DNA of 64,000 nucleotides from Octopus sinensis (GCF_006345805.1 NC_042997.1:123380001-123444000); one strand, 5' to 3'. Positions 25,081-39,275 are shown, counted from the stretch's first letter. The notes: a model not told the origin generated them from the letters alone. Made by a program: numbers and translations.

Positions 25081-26056
25081 CCCTAATTCTTCATCAGTTA
25101 TAGGCCAGATCGTATTACTAAGTTTGACTCCGTTAATAATAAGACTGAAGGGCTTCCCATGCTGGAGGTGCTGGTGAAATTTGCGGAGAACATAGCCTCA
25201 AAAGCAAACGAAACATGGATTGCAAGCGATACAGAGTAGAAATGCAAAAGTGAATAAATGATATTTAAGACGATGGACGTAGGAGAATGACGAAATAAAT
25301 AAGAAAGGTGCAAAATATAGCTTCACAGCGAAAGAGACACTAATGGTGGGTAACGCTTAGCAGGCTATCCTAAAGGATAAGAAAAACGCCGAATAGCAAA
25401 GCATGTGTCAGTGGGACCCAGCGGATTCAGGACCAGTGAGCAACGCAGCCTGTATAAAGAAGTGTCAGAAAGAAATAAAGGCTGGTCACGGGTCACGTGT
25501 CATCAGCAAGCTGAGGAAAACAGAGCAAGAGAGAGGGAGTGACAGAGAAAAACCAAGGAATGAGGAGGTATATTAAGGAGAAAGAAGAAAGGCTAGAAAT
25601 AGAAATAAGATGACGAGAGAGAGAGAGAGAGAGAGAGGGAGAAAGAGAGAGAGGGAGAAAGAGAGAGAAAAGAAGCGAAAGGAAGAAAAGGACTCTTCCT
25701 CTTTTTTCTCCTTTCGTCACTTTGCCCACTGACACGTTTTGCTTTTTGTTGTTTTTCTTATTCTTTAGGGTGGCCTTCTAACTGTTACCCACCATTCGTG
25801 TCTCTTTGACCCTGAGGCTATATTTTGCTCGTTTCTTATTTATTTCGTCTTTGTTCTTCGTGCATCGTCCTAAATTATATTTATACACTTTCGCACGTCC
25901 GCTTTGTGTCGCTTGTAATCCATGTTTTGTTTGCTCTTGGCCCTATATTTTCCGCAAATTTGGCGGGCACCACCAGCAAGGGAAATCTCTTGGTCTTATC
26001 ATTAGTGGTGTGAAACTAAGTAATATTAATACTTGATAATTGACGAAAATTTAGGG
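25081..26056. repeat. Fold-back element with ~335-bp diverged inverted arms
   Basis: 25081-25415 aligns almost ungapped to the reverse complement of 25725-26056 (about three-quarters identical by eye); termini CCCTAA...TTAGGG. Confidence 0.85.
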
Positions 26057-26322
26057 AACTTCGGTGCCTGTCTTCTGTCCGTTCGTGTACGCAATATACG
26101 TTATATTAAACGTTTTATATTTGTCGATTGTGTATTTAAAATAAAGTTTTTCATTATATATATATATATACAAGAACTTTTTTGCGTAATAGAACTAACG
26201 CAATATTACCGAATAGAACTAACGCAATATTACCGAATCTGGAACTTAAGTATTGTCTGTCTATAGCACTTATTCAGCATTACTTGAGACCTTTGGGTCT
26301 CAATGACACCATTATCTCTTAT

Positions 26323-26454
<132 letters not shown>

Positions 26455-26793
26455 TGAATGTAAATGTTATTAAATATCCTCAAAATATATTTTGCGCAGC
26501 TCAAACACTATCTTCTAATATAGAACCCAATACGCTGGGTAGAATAGATATTTGTTTAATGTATCACAAATGAAAGACTACTCTGATATCCACCTCGGTT
26601 TTATATACAGGTATGGTGAACACTTGGTGACAACACCAGCATTTATACTTATATATCGACCAATGCCCTTCAAGGCTTCTGAGTCAATGCATATTCTTCT
26701 TGTATCCCCTACAAACATTTCTCTCGAAGGCACAGTTTGCGAGGTATTCTTCTGAGACTTGGAGATCCGAAAAATAAAAACACCTTAATTCAG

Positions 26794-26889
26794 GTGTTAG
26801 GACTATGTCGGCTTCAGTCAGTTTTGCGAAGAAGTTTTTAAGAACACTGCAGCGCTTTGATGGATCTTTGATAAGAAAAGCAAGAAGAG
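26794..26889 (+). CDS. Candidate exon of an unidentified gene (xVRTMSASVSFAKKFLRTLQRFDGSLIRKARR)
   Basis: TTAATTCAG acceptor, AG|GTACGT donor, 96 nt, only one open frame; no homology recognised. Confidence 0.3.
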
Positions 26890-29598
26890 GTACGTATTGA
26901 AATTAAGAAATGTCCTGCGTATTTTTAATGGGGCTCTTACAGTGAGTATTCTAGCATTCTAAATTATTATTATCTGGACTCTTTACATGCCTGAAACTTT
27001 AGCGCTCGGTTAGTTACTAGCAAAGCCATATGCTATGATAATATTTTCCTAATAATTCTTGTTATATATATATATATATATATATGATTATACAACCAAC
27101 TAAAGAAGCTACATGTTTGAAGACAGCTGTCCAAAAAATATTTCCTTTTCATCAACTTATCAACATTGGAAGAAATGATCACTTCTGCGAACAACTAAAT
27201 GCCTTGACTGAGTACGATGTTCCTTTTTGCCCCCCAAAACTCTATGACGCCTGTAAATTTTTGACTTGTCTCAAGTTATCATACTCATGTTACGCAAAGC
27301 ATACCAATATTATGTAGGGCGCGTTGTTTCCCTTCCAGGTATGATTTATAAATATCACATTGCACCAATTTTGGGGTCACGGGGAAGCTCATCGAATTCT
27401 GAAAACGTTTTGAAAATTCACTACCAACTTTAGAAATATTGTATTATTTACATTTGTACATGTGACGGAGGCGTCTATTATTGTTTTGTAGATAGCAGGT
27501 AATGTTATATGGCGCTCAGAGTATGTGTACTGTGATCTTAAGCATCCTCGTTTCCATGATAGTTTGTAAATATTATTGTCTCTGTAGAGGTGCACGGCTG
27601 ATGACAGTACTGAGAAATTTCAATTTCCACGCTGTCCACTTATTTTTTCTATGGTGAGTATGTATCAGTAATGACTGGTATGTTTCAGTAATGACTTTTC
27701 AAATACTTTGTGACGCATAGCTTTAAGTTTTGAAGAAAGTTTGAAATAATATATACGCATACTTGTATGCATACACGCACACAAGGATATATAACCAATA
27801 TCATATATATGTGTAAATAATTATGTGTCTATACACACCACACGCTTATATTCGTGTATGTAAGCATGCATTAGATGGCGTTAATTGCAATTTACTTTCG
27901 ACTGACTTCTGAGAGTATAACAATCTTGCAAATTTGTCTACCTTAATGGCTATATTAGTAGGCGTCATATTTAGATAATTTCATTTCGCAGACGGTTTCA
28001 ACTTATTTAGTCACCTGATGTTCAACTTTTGAAGTTGTACAAAAGTGTCATTAATTTAAGTGTACCTGTGCTTCATTATTTTACACTAATTATTTGCAGT
28101 CACACTGAACGCATTCGCATTTGAAAATGAAATTGCATTAAAATTTGATGACAAACTATTCCTGCCACTTCTTGAAAATACTGTATTTTTTCAAAGCGTT
28201 GCTATCATTTATTGATAATATTTTCCCAACAGTTTGCAATTTTCTATGTTACTTATATCTAATACACAACTATCAGTGAAAAAGTATATATATATATATT
28301 TGCATTGAGAATCACTTCCCATCGCCAACCGGTGGTTGTTACACGCTGATGACAGGTCTAACCCAGAAACTCGGGGCCATATGTAACACGTCAGGCTGGA
28401 GATGGGAATGATGACTTCTCTTTGCAAATATTGATAGGACACAGATAGTGTTTCAATAGCCATCTGGAACAGATGTTTTCCTGGGGCTACACGCTACAGT
28501 AGCATCGGCCCTTAAGGTTTAGCCACATTTATGTGGGAAATATACTTCACTATGTCGTGCTACAACTGTTTATACCTCGCTCAGAGATTTATAATTACCA
28601 CTATCATTATTTAACACGTATAAAAGTTTATGATATATTGTAAACATATTCAAGCATCATGACCAGCGTAGTTAGCATAACAGATTCTTAGTCTGTCATT
28701 AATATGTCAAATCTCACCACCAACTGGATGTTTTAGTTATCGACGTCATGAATTTGGCTTTCTTTTAATTTTTGTCACATGTCAATGGCTGGAGGTAATC
28801 ACAGCACTGGAAGCTAACAGAGCAGTATTCAATTTCATTCTAACGTAGTTGTTGCACGTATGAGATAATTGGCATTCTAGGCGTGATTATCCTGAATTTT
28901 AACTGCTTTCTTCGTTCTACATTAATCAGTCTGTTCTTCCTTTTCGAATTCGCTAATGTGCGATTTCATGAAAATTTGGTTTCTATTTTTTAGACGGTAT
29001 TTTTTGGTGCGGCACCTGGAGCCTATCAACAGCTCTGCAATTATTTCTAGTTGAAGTGTATATTATACAATGAAAATGACAATGTTGGAACTATTTTAGG
29101 CATCTGTATAATACACTATGTCATTAAATATCCAGACTAACTTCGAATATATTGGTCAAGATATTGGTTGTTGTCGACCAATGTATTACAACTCTATAAC
29201 CCCATCCATTACGCCCTTAAACTAATATCCATGCTCTTTATCAATCTCCTCTTCCTCAACGTTATTTTTAAAGCTTTAAAACACGCCGGTCTCAACTTTG
29301 CCTTTCATCATTTAGGCGTTGAATACATAAAGTACTTATCAAGTGGATGAGAACCATGCTATCTCGTAGCTCCTTCGTTTTCAATAGCTGACTTCTACAT
29401 AAATTACCTAAACAATCATTGAAAAGGCGATATATTTCCTCCGTTGGTAGAAACATAACCTGCAGTCTTTCTTCAAATACCATCGAGTTCGACTTGACTT
29501 TCCATGGCCGGTATCAAACAGTATCAATCAAGGTTGATACAGTTAGCTAGGTCTTTCTCTTGTGCTTACAATGTGAGTAGTTCATATTTTAGCTTTGT

Positions 29599-29976
29599 GG
29601 AGCCGCAATGGCCCAGAGGTTAGGGCAGCGGACTCGCGGTCATAGGATCGCGGTTTCGATTCCCAGACCGGGCGTTGTGAGTGTTTATTGAGCGAAAACA
29701 CCTAAAAGCTCCCCAAGGCTCCGGCAGGGGATGGTGGTGATCCCTGCTGTACTCTTTCACCACAACTTTCTCTCACTCTTACTTCCTATTTCTGTTGTAC
29801 CTGTATTTCAAGTGACCGGCCTTGTCACTCTCCGTGTCACGCTGAATATCCCCGAGAACTACGTTAAGGGTGCACGTGTCTGTGGAGTGCTCAGCCACTT
29901 ACACGTTAATTTCATGAGCAGGCTGTTCCGTTGATTCGGATCAACCGGAACCCTCAACGTCGTAACCGACGGAGTG
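29599..29976 (+). mobile_element. tRNA-derived SINE (third family)
   Basis: tRNA-like head GGAGCCGCAATGGCCCAGAGGTTAGGGCAGCGGACTCGCGGTCATAGGATCGCGGTTTCGATTCCC followed by ~300 bp of unrelated body. Confidence 0.85.
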
Positions 29977-30229
29977 TTTCCATCCATCCATTTTAGCTCA
30001 CAGTAATATGTTTGACTTAGTCGGCATAGTATCGGAGATAATCGTTCGTAATTGTAGGTAGCTTCATAAGTTATTTTCGGATTGTCAATGATGTTATTTA
30101 GCAACTTGTATCTCCCTGTTATATAATTAATTTGATAGAACATGACGTTCAATCCTGGCTGAATTGTAAATTCTCTATTTCATATCTAACATAAACATCA
30201 ATTATTTGTTTTCTTTTTTACGGCTTTCA

Positions 30230-31235
30230 TTAATGATGAAAACATTACAAAATATTGCAAAAACTTAAAGATCTGTCAAAGATCGTGTGTTTCTTCTTCA
30301 GACGTTTTAAGGAAGTTGACACCAATCTCGAAGGCAAACCAAAGTCACGGAGACCTTATATTGTGGAAAAAGTGGCCTTGCTTAAAGTGGTTGAAAAAAG
30401 GGTCAAGCACAAGCACTCGTATGTTGTCAGAAGAACTTGGTGTTTCAAAAACCACGAGCACTCCACAATCCCATAAGCTCGGCACTGTAAATAGACGCTG
30501 TCGAGATGTTCCCATTGAACTAACTAATGATCAAGCTCAATGACATGTGAATATCTGTAGGTAACTGCTGGTCAATCCCTGAAATGCCAGTTGCTGCCGT
30601 CGAATTTTAACAGAGGAGGGAAAAGGGATTTGTTTTCATAACCCTAATGACAGAAACCATTGCCTTCTTTCCGGTTAGGCTTCAGAACCTGTCGTCAAAC
30701 AACAGAGTTTGAACAGAATCTCCTGTGTTTTTAGTGGAATTTCGTGGGGCTTTTGCATTTTGAGTTTGTCTAACATGGTCATTATGTGAACGCTAACGCT
30801 TATGCTCAATAACTGCAGTGAGTATACGATGATTCTAATGTCCGCTATGTGACATTGGTTAATCGAAGTCGAACACTCCTAAAGCATGAGAATCTTTCGG
30901 TAAACAATTCCAGTGTCACCGAGTGCAAACGTGAGGACGATTAGGGATTGAAGTGCTGTTTCACCTTGCCTACATTTCAGACAGTTTACAATCGGATTCC
31001 CACCTTTTCCAACTCGAGACTCATTTTGTGCACTGACGGAGGTCCAGCACTATCGAGGAATTTGCTCCTAAACGAGCCAAATGTTACAAACGTGGAATTA
31101 AGGGCTTCTGACAAAACGATGGCAAGAGACAATAGAATATGATGGGATGTAATTTTGCATATGTCAATTATTTTTAAAATTATTTAAAACATGAAATGCG
31201 AAAGCAAAAAAAAAACTTTTGACATAGCCTCTTAT
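30230..31235 (+). pseudogene. Mariner transposase pseudogene
   Basis: FRRFKEVDTNLEGKPKSRRP (HTH), STRMLSEELGVSKTT, VPIELT (WVPHEL), RRILTEE (RIVTGDE), HDN-like, HPxYSPDL-like and KRWQETIEYDG motifs; multiple stops and frameshifts. Confidence 0.85.
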
Positions 31236-32039
31236 ATTATTTAATTTCCTTAAATTCCGCGTTCATAAGCAACCAAAGTTATCTTTGCTTTACACTCTCC
31301 GAGGTTGTTAAAAGGTTCTGTTTAAGTATTTGAGTGAAAGTAAACCATAGATTGCCTCCTTACAATATTTCTTCTTGTATGTATGGTAGACATAATTAAG
31401 AGGGTCCTGCTTGGCAGACAAACATGACTATTGGACAAAATACTATGCGACAATCAGTTACGCCCATTAAAGTTGGGGCCCATTAAAAATGCTACTAGAC
31501 GCTTCCTGGCTTATCAATATTCAGGCCTCGTTGAAATATTCACTAATGAAGTACTGCGTTTCAATATCATTCAATATTGCTACATTACTCATTTCCTCCT
31601 ATGCGCGCATGTAGGAAATCAATATTTCTACCACGCATCATCACAATATTCATGAGTTAATCACACGTCTAGTAATATACTTTCTACAAATTCATTTGTA
31701 ACTAACAACTAATTTTCCATTCTACATTGCAACGATCTTCTTGTTCTTTTATATCCTTCTGTTTATTCTCGCATTACACCTGAAACACTTTGGAAAACAT
31801 CTCAAATCATAGCTTACCAACTCTGAGGTAATATCAATGCCACCTTAGAAAATACCATGTGTCAGGTGATTCTAAATTAAAACATCATCTAGCTTTTGTA
31901 CTTAACTATCTGCGAGTGACGGTTTTCTGCAGATAATCTATTGAAGAATCTAAGTGTAGTAAAATGACTTTCAACCATTACATGTCTTGAACACAGGCTT
32001 TCATGGAATATGAATTAGCTGGAACATGGGGACACCATA

Positions 32040-32165
<126 letters not shown>

Positions 32166-33214
32166 GTGCATACAACTGTTTTTCTTGTGTCGAATATGTC
32201 GTTTTAGTAAAAGACTCTATTTGTTGATCCACAACAAATTCAGTAATTCATATTTGTGACGCCAATAAGTTACCGAAAAAGACATCTTAACACGATATTC
32301 TCTTTCGTTTCGTTTAATTTATTTGGAAGGTCTCATTCTGGAGGTGTGTTTGCTTTTCATTTATCTGATGTTCATATACGTTTACTAATATTTCCCCTAT
32401 CTAACTCTGTCGAATATACCCATCACCTCACAATGCCTCATATTTTACAAAGACAAAAGAAAGTAATGTTAATACAAATTAAATAATCATCATTTCAAAA
32501 ATATTATCTCTCGGTACAATAGGTTCCTATATATTTGTCTGTATAAGACAGAGATAATAATGTTTGTGACAGCTTTCTAAATACAATTGATTTTATTAAT
32601 TATATTTTATCCTTAATGTTTCTGCAAAATATCGATTTAGGTTATTAATTTTGAAAATGATGCACATTTTAGCTAGATGACAACAAAATGATTGGCAAAC
32701 GGGAGCCATCTTGTTTTAAAAAAATATTGCGAAAAAAAAAAGAGAAATAGGCATTGATGTTGGGTTTTAATATGAAGAGAGGTTTTAAAGACAAGGAACG
32801 CATTGTCTCTTGTTTCACTTTGTTATCACCAAAACAATTGTTCTCTCTTGTGAAAGGAATAGAATAGTGTCTCATACAAAGGATAAAAGAAAAGGAACAT
32901 CTTCCTTGTGAAAAATATTAAGTAGATTTTCAGCGTTTCTAACGAGCAAAACGAAATAATGTCAAATTTAAAAGCAATCTCCTCTGCACTTCCTACGCAA
33001 CATAGTTCAGTGAATTTCATATATATATACATCGTATATAAAATCCCGACATAAACTTTATGCCCATATCAGAAATAAATATCAACAAGAACATTTTATG
33101 GTGTACAGGCCCTGTTATTTTCTAAAAAATATATGTAAGGATTCGTCGCTGCACTACCATTTCCTGTATAACAATCTATTAAACCTATTTCATTCAAATT
33201 TCTATAATTTGCAG

Positions 33215-33288
33215 TCATTATGAAAATGAATGACCATCATGTGTCCACATATAGGACATTAGCATATGACCGCATACTGAGTAACGAT
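33215..33288 (+). CDS. Candidate exon (xIMKMNDHHVSTYRTLAYDRILSND)
   Basis: TTTCTATAATTTGCAG acceptor, GAT|GTAAGT donor; phase-compatible with 26794-26889; no homology recognised. Confidence 0.25.
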
Positions 33289-36200
33289 GTAAGTAAATTC
33301 CGGGCTTCCTATAAACACATACACAAAGATATCAACACGTACACATACATGTGCGTGCGTGCGCGGTGTGTGTTTTTTTTGCATGTGTCTATATGCATTG
33401 ATGTACATTAAAGAGAAAGGAGGCATACTGTTAACCTATTCTTCTCTTTATCTTTTTCACTTAGAATATAGGAATAGCAGAACTTTCTGTAATTCTGATA
33501 CTATCTATACAATGCCATTATCAACAATTTTTTTTAGCTCTGTTAGCTTGTCTTTAGAAGACGGTGAATCAATAAAACTATGGCCTTTCAATTTACAAAA
33601 TAAATGAAAGTAACAGTTGAGAAAAGGTAGCTGAATATTAATAAGTATTCAAGAATCGAAATTTTGGGTGATAGAAATTGTGTGTAATCGAAATTGTGTG
33701 TATTCATTATACAGTTTCAGCCATGTTCAATATCTAAACTTTTGAGGCATTAGTTAAAAATCACACAATAAACTATAATAATTAAAGGAAGATTTGCTTT
33801 TTCTTTACTGCCAAAGCGACGCACTGGGGTATGATACCCATCCAAAAGAACTATTTAATGATTTAGTCAGAGGCTTTTTTTTTCAGAACCATGTTTACAC
33901 CTTGTCAGTAATTTACACTATAATTCACAGTAGAGTTAAAATTAATAGGCATGCAGATTTGAGATTTGACCAATGCTAGCATTGCGATTTCTTATTCCAG
34001 TGTTATAAATCAACTAGCATTCAAATTCTGGGTGCAATGTATATAGATCCGTGATGCTACAGAACATGTGAATGTGTAGAAACCTTTGAAATTGTTATAA
34101 AAACAAGCTGCATTAGTCTCATACACGAACATAATGATTCAAATCTAAATAATTTAAATATAAAAAGTCTATTGTTGTAAAAAAATCTCCCGGCAATAAA
34201 TTGCTTATCTGACACTGGTGGAATTGGGGAACGAATAAAATACAAAACGTATTTATGACCTCTCGTTGCAAACATTTTTGATAATGTACTAATTATTGTT
34301 TTATATCCATGCTTTGCATTGAAAATATACCCTAACATACGGGTGACCATGTAATCCCATTTCGAAAAGAGATTTTTATTTGCACACTTTGTAACAAATG
34401 ACTCCAGCAGTATTCGAAGCGCAAGGTATCGAGTCTATTTACCTTAGGCTATTTAGGTTATCTATAAAGAAATTTATCCCAACCTCCATGAATAATGTTG
34501 TTTACTTCCAAATAATTATTACCTAACCTTACATTCTTAAAATTTCAAAGCTAGTTCTATAAGCATATAGTAATCGAGTATATTCCAATATATCGAGCTT
34601 GGTTGGAGAAAAGTAATTATTATGCGACTCGCTACACAGCATATATGTTAAAAAGTAAGTAAAAATTATTTTGTTCAGCGATCTATTAGTTCTACTATCT
34701 CATCATTGTAAAACCATAAGATGCTTGTAAATTGGAAAGATATACATAAAAAATAATCTCAAGATTTTTCGAAGAGGAGGGAAATCAGTTTTGAAACAGA
34801 TTACATCTCGATATCTATAGATCATTGTGTCAGTAATACAGGCCTTATTATAGTTACATATAAAAACTCATTTTTCACTTTCGAATGAAAATTCAAAGCA
34901 ATTTTTGTGGTAATACAGAAGGGAATGTAATACAAAACATTAACTGCAAAATTTGCGCATTTTGGCTTGCTACAAAACACATTACCATAAAATGCTACAC
35001 CCTAACACGTCATCTCATTAAGCAGAGCATTATATATGTATTATCGATGATTTTGGCTTTCAAGGAATAAATATCGATTCAGAATGGATACTTGATCTGC
35101 ATGTAACAATATTAGAGTATCTTTAAAAATACTTTATTACATACTACGATTCTCTAGACTTCGTTCTCTTTATATAAAAATAAAAGTGAGAAGAAATTTT
35201 CACTTTGCACATTGTCGCCCCCTCTTTCTGTCTTTCTGTTTTCTCCATTTCAATGAAGATATCCATGAAGCTAATTATTTACGTAACCAATTAAATAATT
35301 TACCTGCGTTTATATATTTATTGAATCTTTGAAATAAAATCAAAAGAAGTGTATATTTCTAAAAGGTGTGGACAATTTCATATTTTTCCCTAGAAATATT
35401 ACGAGCGACATAGGTCAAATTTTCCCTAGGTACTTAGTCATAACTTTTGTCAATTGGGTTCTGTTTAATATGCATTTTAGTATGAATGATTTCGAATTAT
35501 AATGTGGTCATTAATCCTTAGTACATAACTCTCTCTTTGATAAATGTACTTATTCAAATACCCTCTTTCCTAGATATATGTGATGTTCTGCAAAACGAAA
35601 ATAAAATCAATATCTTGATATTATGTAAATCTACATTCAAGGAAAACATAATTTATCTACATTTTCTAATGCTGGAATTAAAGTTAATTTTAGAACTTAG
35701 AAGCTTAACAGTTTCAATTACAATAATCAATATACTTTCTACTCGCCTGAGTACTACACATGATAAAACACGAATGAAAGCATTTCAGCTTTTGTTTTCT
35801 CTTTCAAAAGATTTAGTTCAACATTTGGGGTTAAACATGCGTTAGAGTCGATAAAATATTGGGTTATGATGCATTGTGGTACGACACCTCAAAAGTAATG
35901 TGCAACGAATGCTATGAAAATCAAACAACGTTGAATTTACTTTTAAATTCAAGTATAATATAATGATATTTAAGCTAAAATCTGGGAAGATAGTTTATTT
36001 AATATCATATGTACTGCATCATTTACTTAAGATTAGGATATATAATATTAGATAGTTTATTTGTTAACATTATATGTAATGCATCATTTACTATAGCTTA
36101 AGATATATTATATTACTGGTTTTCTATGTGAGGCTCTCTACGGAGGCCGACAGATGATGTGCATTGGAAACACTGATTTGATCACTCATACACAAATAAC

Positions 36201-36289
36201 TGTCGGATATGTGAATATTCCCGGCATGAAAAATTTTGGTGACCTTCGCCGTATGTATAGACGATTTTAATGGGCTTATAACTAAATCC

Positions 36290-37330
36290 CTTACAGTATC
36301 TTATTGCACTATGCAGGAGTGGTAGAAGTTACTAGAAGATTAGGTGTTGGTCAAAGGCTGATTAGAAAAGAACAAATGAGGAAATGGAGACTAGAAAGTA
36401 AAGTGAAGTATTTAAGACAAGATCTGAGTTGAATATAAGATTGAAAACTAAACAAGTTAAGAAGCACAAAATATTTAATCTTCTGTTAAGCAAAACTACT
36501 GAAAGACAAAAAATTTAAGATAGTCATGGAAGAGATGAAATAGCGTACCATAGCAATTGCAGATAAGCATTTCAGATATCAGAAAATATTAGATCAATAC
36601 CAGCACAACAGACTGTTTGAAATAGACCAGGGGAAATGTTATAGCCAAATATGTAATGTAGAAGAAATGATTAGAAATGAGAAACTTAATGTAGCAGAAA
36701 CTCGAAAGTTCTGGAGTAATATTTGGGATAAACTAGTCAATCATAATTTAGAGAAGTATTTAGAAGTAACCTCATCTAAAATTAACTAGTGCATTAATAA
36801 GTAAGGTGTTAGGAAGAATGCAAAATTGGAGCGGCCCAGAGCTAGATTAAGTTCCAGGGTATTGGATACAGAAATTTAGTAGTTTACATAGGAGACTCAG
36901 AGAAAAATGGCAGGATTGTGTGAATAGAGGAGTCATACCTGGTTGGATGACTAGAGGGAAAACATTACACTTTGTGAATGACGAAGGGGAAATGCAGCTA
37001 GTAATTAGAGACCAGTCACTTGTTTACCATTTTATTTGTTTACCAGTTTATTTGCTATAGCAAATATACTCTCATATTATTATTGAATGTGGGTGCAATG
37101 TATACCATGAAATTGACACTGGGATACAAATATACGAAGTCCAGTATACTCACCATGACTACCCGTTTGAAAGGCGTACAACAGGCAAATGCATCACCAC
37201 CATGTGTGAGCGAGATGGTGATCTTATATGAAGATAAACATCGCATGACCTTACAGTTAGGGCACAGTTGGAATCATCTGTTGTCCATACCGCTCAGAAA
37301 GTCCCTTAACAAGATTCGTTCAAGGATGAT
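36290..37330 (+). mobile_element. Decayed R4/Dong-clade RT fragment
   Basis: NWSGPELD, GYWIQKFSSLHRRL, WMTRGKTL, N*RPVTCLP, GVQQANASPP (GIFQGDSLSP-like), NHLL. Confidence 0.75.
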
Positions 37331-37334
37331 AAAA

Positions 37335-37618
37335 GAATGACCCACGTTTCCAGAGGTGATTTATTCAAACTCCAAAGAATTTCTCTGAACACATGACTAT
37401 GATGCCCCGCCCCCTAGCATTCCTACGCTCGGTCAGAAATGCACATATCCTCAGCCACTAAGGGACATGCGCAGATGGTTACGGTCAGGCAACGGACAAG
37501 CAAATCTGCTGTATTGAGCAGAATATTTGCTGTAGCCTGTCTTTTACATCAACATGGAAACACTTCTAATGAGTTACGAACAGAAGCCATGAGAGCCACT
37601 GCCTGGTATTGCATAAGT
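37335..37618 (-). mobile_element. SINE-like repeat (fourth family), partial
   Basis: Shares GCTACAGCAAA(T/G)ATTCTG(C/T)TCAATAC(C/A)(A/G)CAGATTT with 60645-61180 and a diverged copy at 52060-52190. Confidence 0.75.
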
Positions 37619-37619
<1 letters not shown>

Positions 37620-37703
<84 letters not shown>

Positions 37704-38812
37704 CATTCAGTAGTTTTATTTTTATAGCGTGCTTTCACTTCACTGCCGAGCGCAGCTCTGTGTGCCTTGGGTATGTGCTGTGATTTGTTGTGATGCTCTG
37801 ATGGTTATTGTATGGAAAGTGTTCTGCGTAGGATGTGTGCAGTGCCTAGTAGTGCAATTTTCTGTATGTTATTTGTGTTTGTAAGTCCTGGTGTTTTTGT
37901 TATGTATTTGTCTGAATATTTTTTTATCATGCCTAATGCACCTACTATGATAGGAATTGTTTCTGTTTTCAGATTCCACATTCTAGTTACCTCTATTTCC
38001 AGGTCTTTGTATTTTGAGAGTTTCTCCATTTCTTTTAGAGACACATTGTCATCTGCCGGTATTGATACATCAATTAGAAAGCATTTTTTCCTTCATGATC
38101 CCTGACAACTATATCTGGTCTGTTGGCCTTAATTTCTCTATCTGTGTGTATCGGCATATCCCAGAGTATGGTTGCTTTCTCGTTTTCTGTGACCTTTTCT
38201 GGTGTGTGCCTATACCATCTTTTTTCTGTTGTTATTCCATAATGTTGGCATAGCTTCCAATGCATGTAGGTTCCAACTCTGTCATGTCTGTGAATATATT
38301 CCCTCTTAGCCAGGACTGGGCAGCTAGAGATAATATGATTTATTGTTTCTTGTCCATCTCCACATATTCTGCAGTTACTTGTAATATTTCTTTTCATTAC
38401 ATGTTTTTGGTAATTTCTGGTGGGGAGGCTTTGGTCTTGTGCTGTAATTAAAAATCCCTCTGTTTCTGCTTTGAGTCCTGAGCTTCTCAACCATTGCTGG
38501 GATTTTTCTTTGTCTATTTCTTTTGCGTTTAGTTTAGTCCAGTATTTACCATGAAGGGGCTTTTCTTGCCATCGTTTTATCATGGTTCGTTGCTGTTCTA
38601 TTTTTAGTTTGGATTTCATTTGTTTTATAGCTTTTGTTGTTTCTTCATCTTCGTCTTCTTCTTCTTCTTCTTCTTCTTCTTCTTCTTCATGTTTATTAGG
38701 TGGTATGATTTCTTGTTTGTATTTGTTAGCTTCCTTAAATACTGAGAACAGTTTTTTGTTTTGCTCGTGTTTTGCCGCTATCTGGATCAATTATTATTAT
38801 TATTATTATTAA

Positions 38813-38875
<63 letters not shown>

Positions 38876-38880
38876 TACTG
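37620..38880 (-). mobile_element. Young 5'-truncated R4/Dong-clade non-LTR retrotransposon in a (TAA)n tract
   Basis: ORF 38074-38790: KPLHG, ETEGFLITAQDQ, CRICGDGQETINHIISSC knuckle, RHD, NRPDIV. After one frameshift: CFLIDVSIP, KLSKYKDL, IVGALG, LLGTAHILRRTLS (RLE). (TAA)n on both flanks. Confidence 0.95.
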
Positions 38881-39232
38881 TTGATATCATCATCATCATC
38901 ATCATCACAGTGGTGTTGATTGCTAAAATCGAACTTTAGTGCCCTTTGCAGAACCATTTATTTGTTCACAGATTTTACTGTGTACGCTTTCTTTTTTTTA
39001 CACCCTACGGGAAGCGCAGTAGAATGATGACTATACCAACAACAGCGATATTCATAGTTTTGAGCCTGTGTTAGAAATTAAAAAAAAAAGAATTTCATTA
39101 CATTATATTCACGTTTGACTAAATAATTTATGAGACCAATTTAAAATGAAACTGAATTTTTACTCACTACTTTTTAGAAGAATAGATATCAAATATTAGA
39201 AACAAAAGATAGGCAATGACTTTGAGGCTTAC

Positions 39233-39275
39233 TTAGCATCCGCACGCATCTGATGACGTAAGCAATCCGAATTAA
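39233..39275 (-). CDS. Candidate exon (LIRIAYVIRCVRML), S4-like periodicity
   Basis: CCTCTTATTATATATTTACAG acceptor, GTAAGC donor, 43 nt, Arg at roughly every third position. Confidence 0.3.

Noticed and set aside
25500-25506. CTGATGA followed by a CACG/CGTG hairpin on the minus strand
   Set aside because: No GAAA follows the hairpin.
26188-26238. 24-bp unit repeated twice (AATAGAACTAACGCAATATTACCG)
   Set aside because: Simple slippage duplication; no spacers, so not CRISPR-like.
27318-27345. AG|GT recursive splice site or 21-nt exon
   Set aside because: A single short motif with no supporting context; expected by chance.
27588-27653. Plus-strand exon candidate with GTGAGT donor (GARLMTVLRNFNFHAVHLFFL)
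   Set aside because: Its phase is incompatible with both neighbouring candidates.
29599-29670. tRNA gene
   Set aside because: It is the head of a SINE with no acceptor-stem closure or terminator; the same applies to 11012 and 4387.
39250-39256. CTGATGA core
   Set aside because: No stem II or GAAA downstream.
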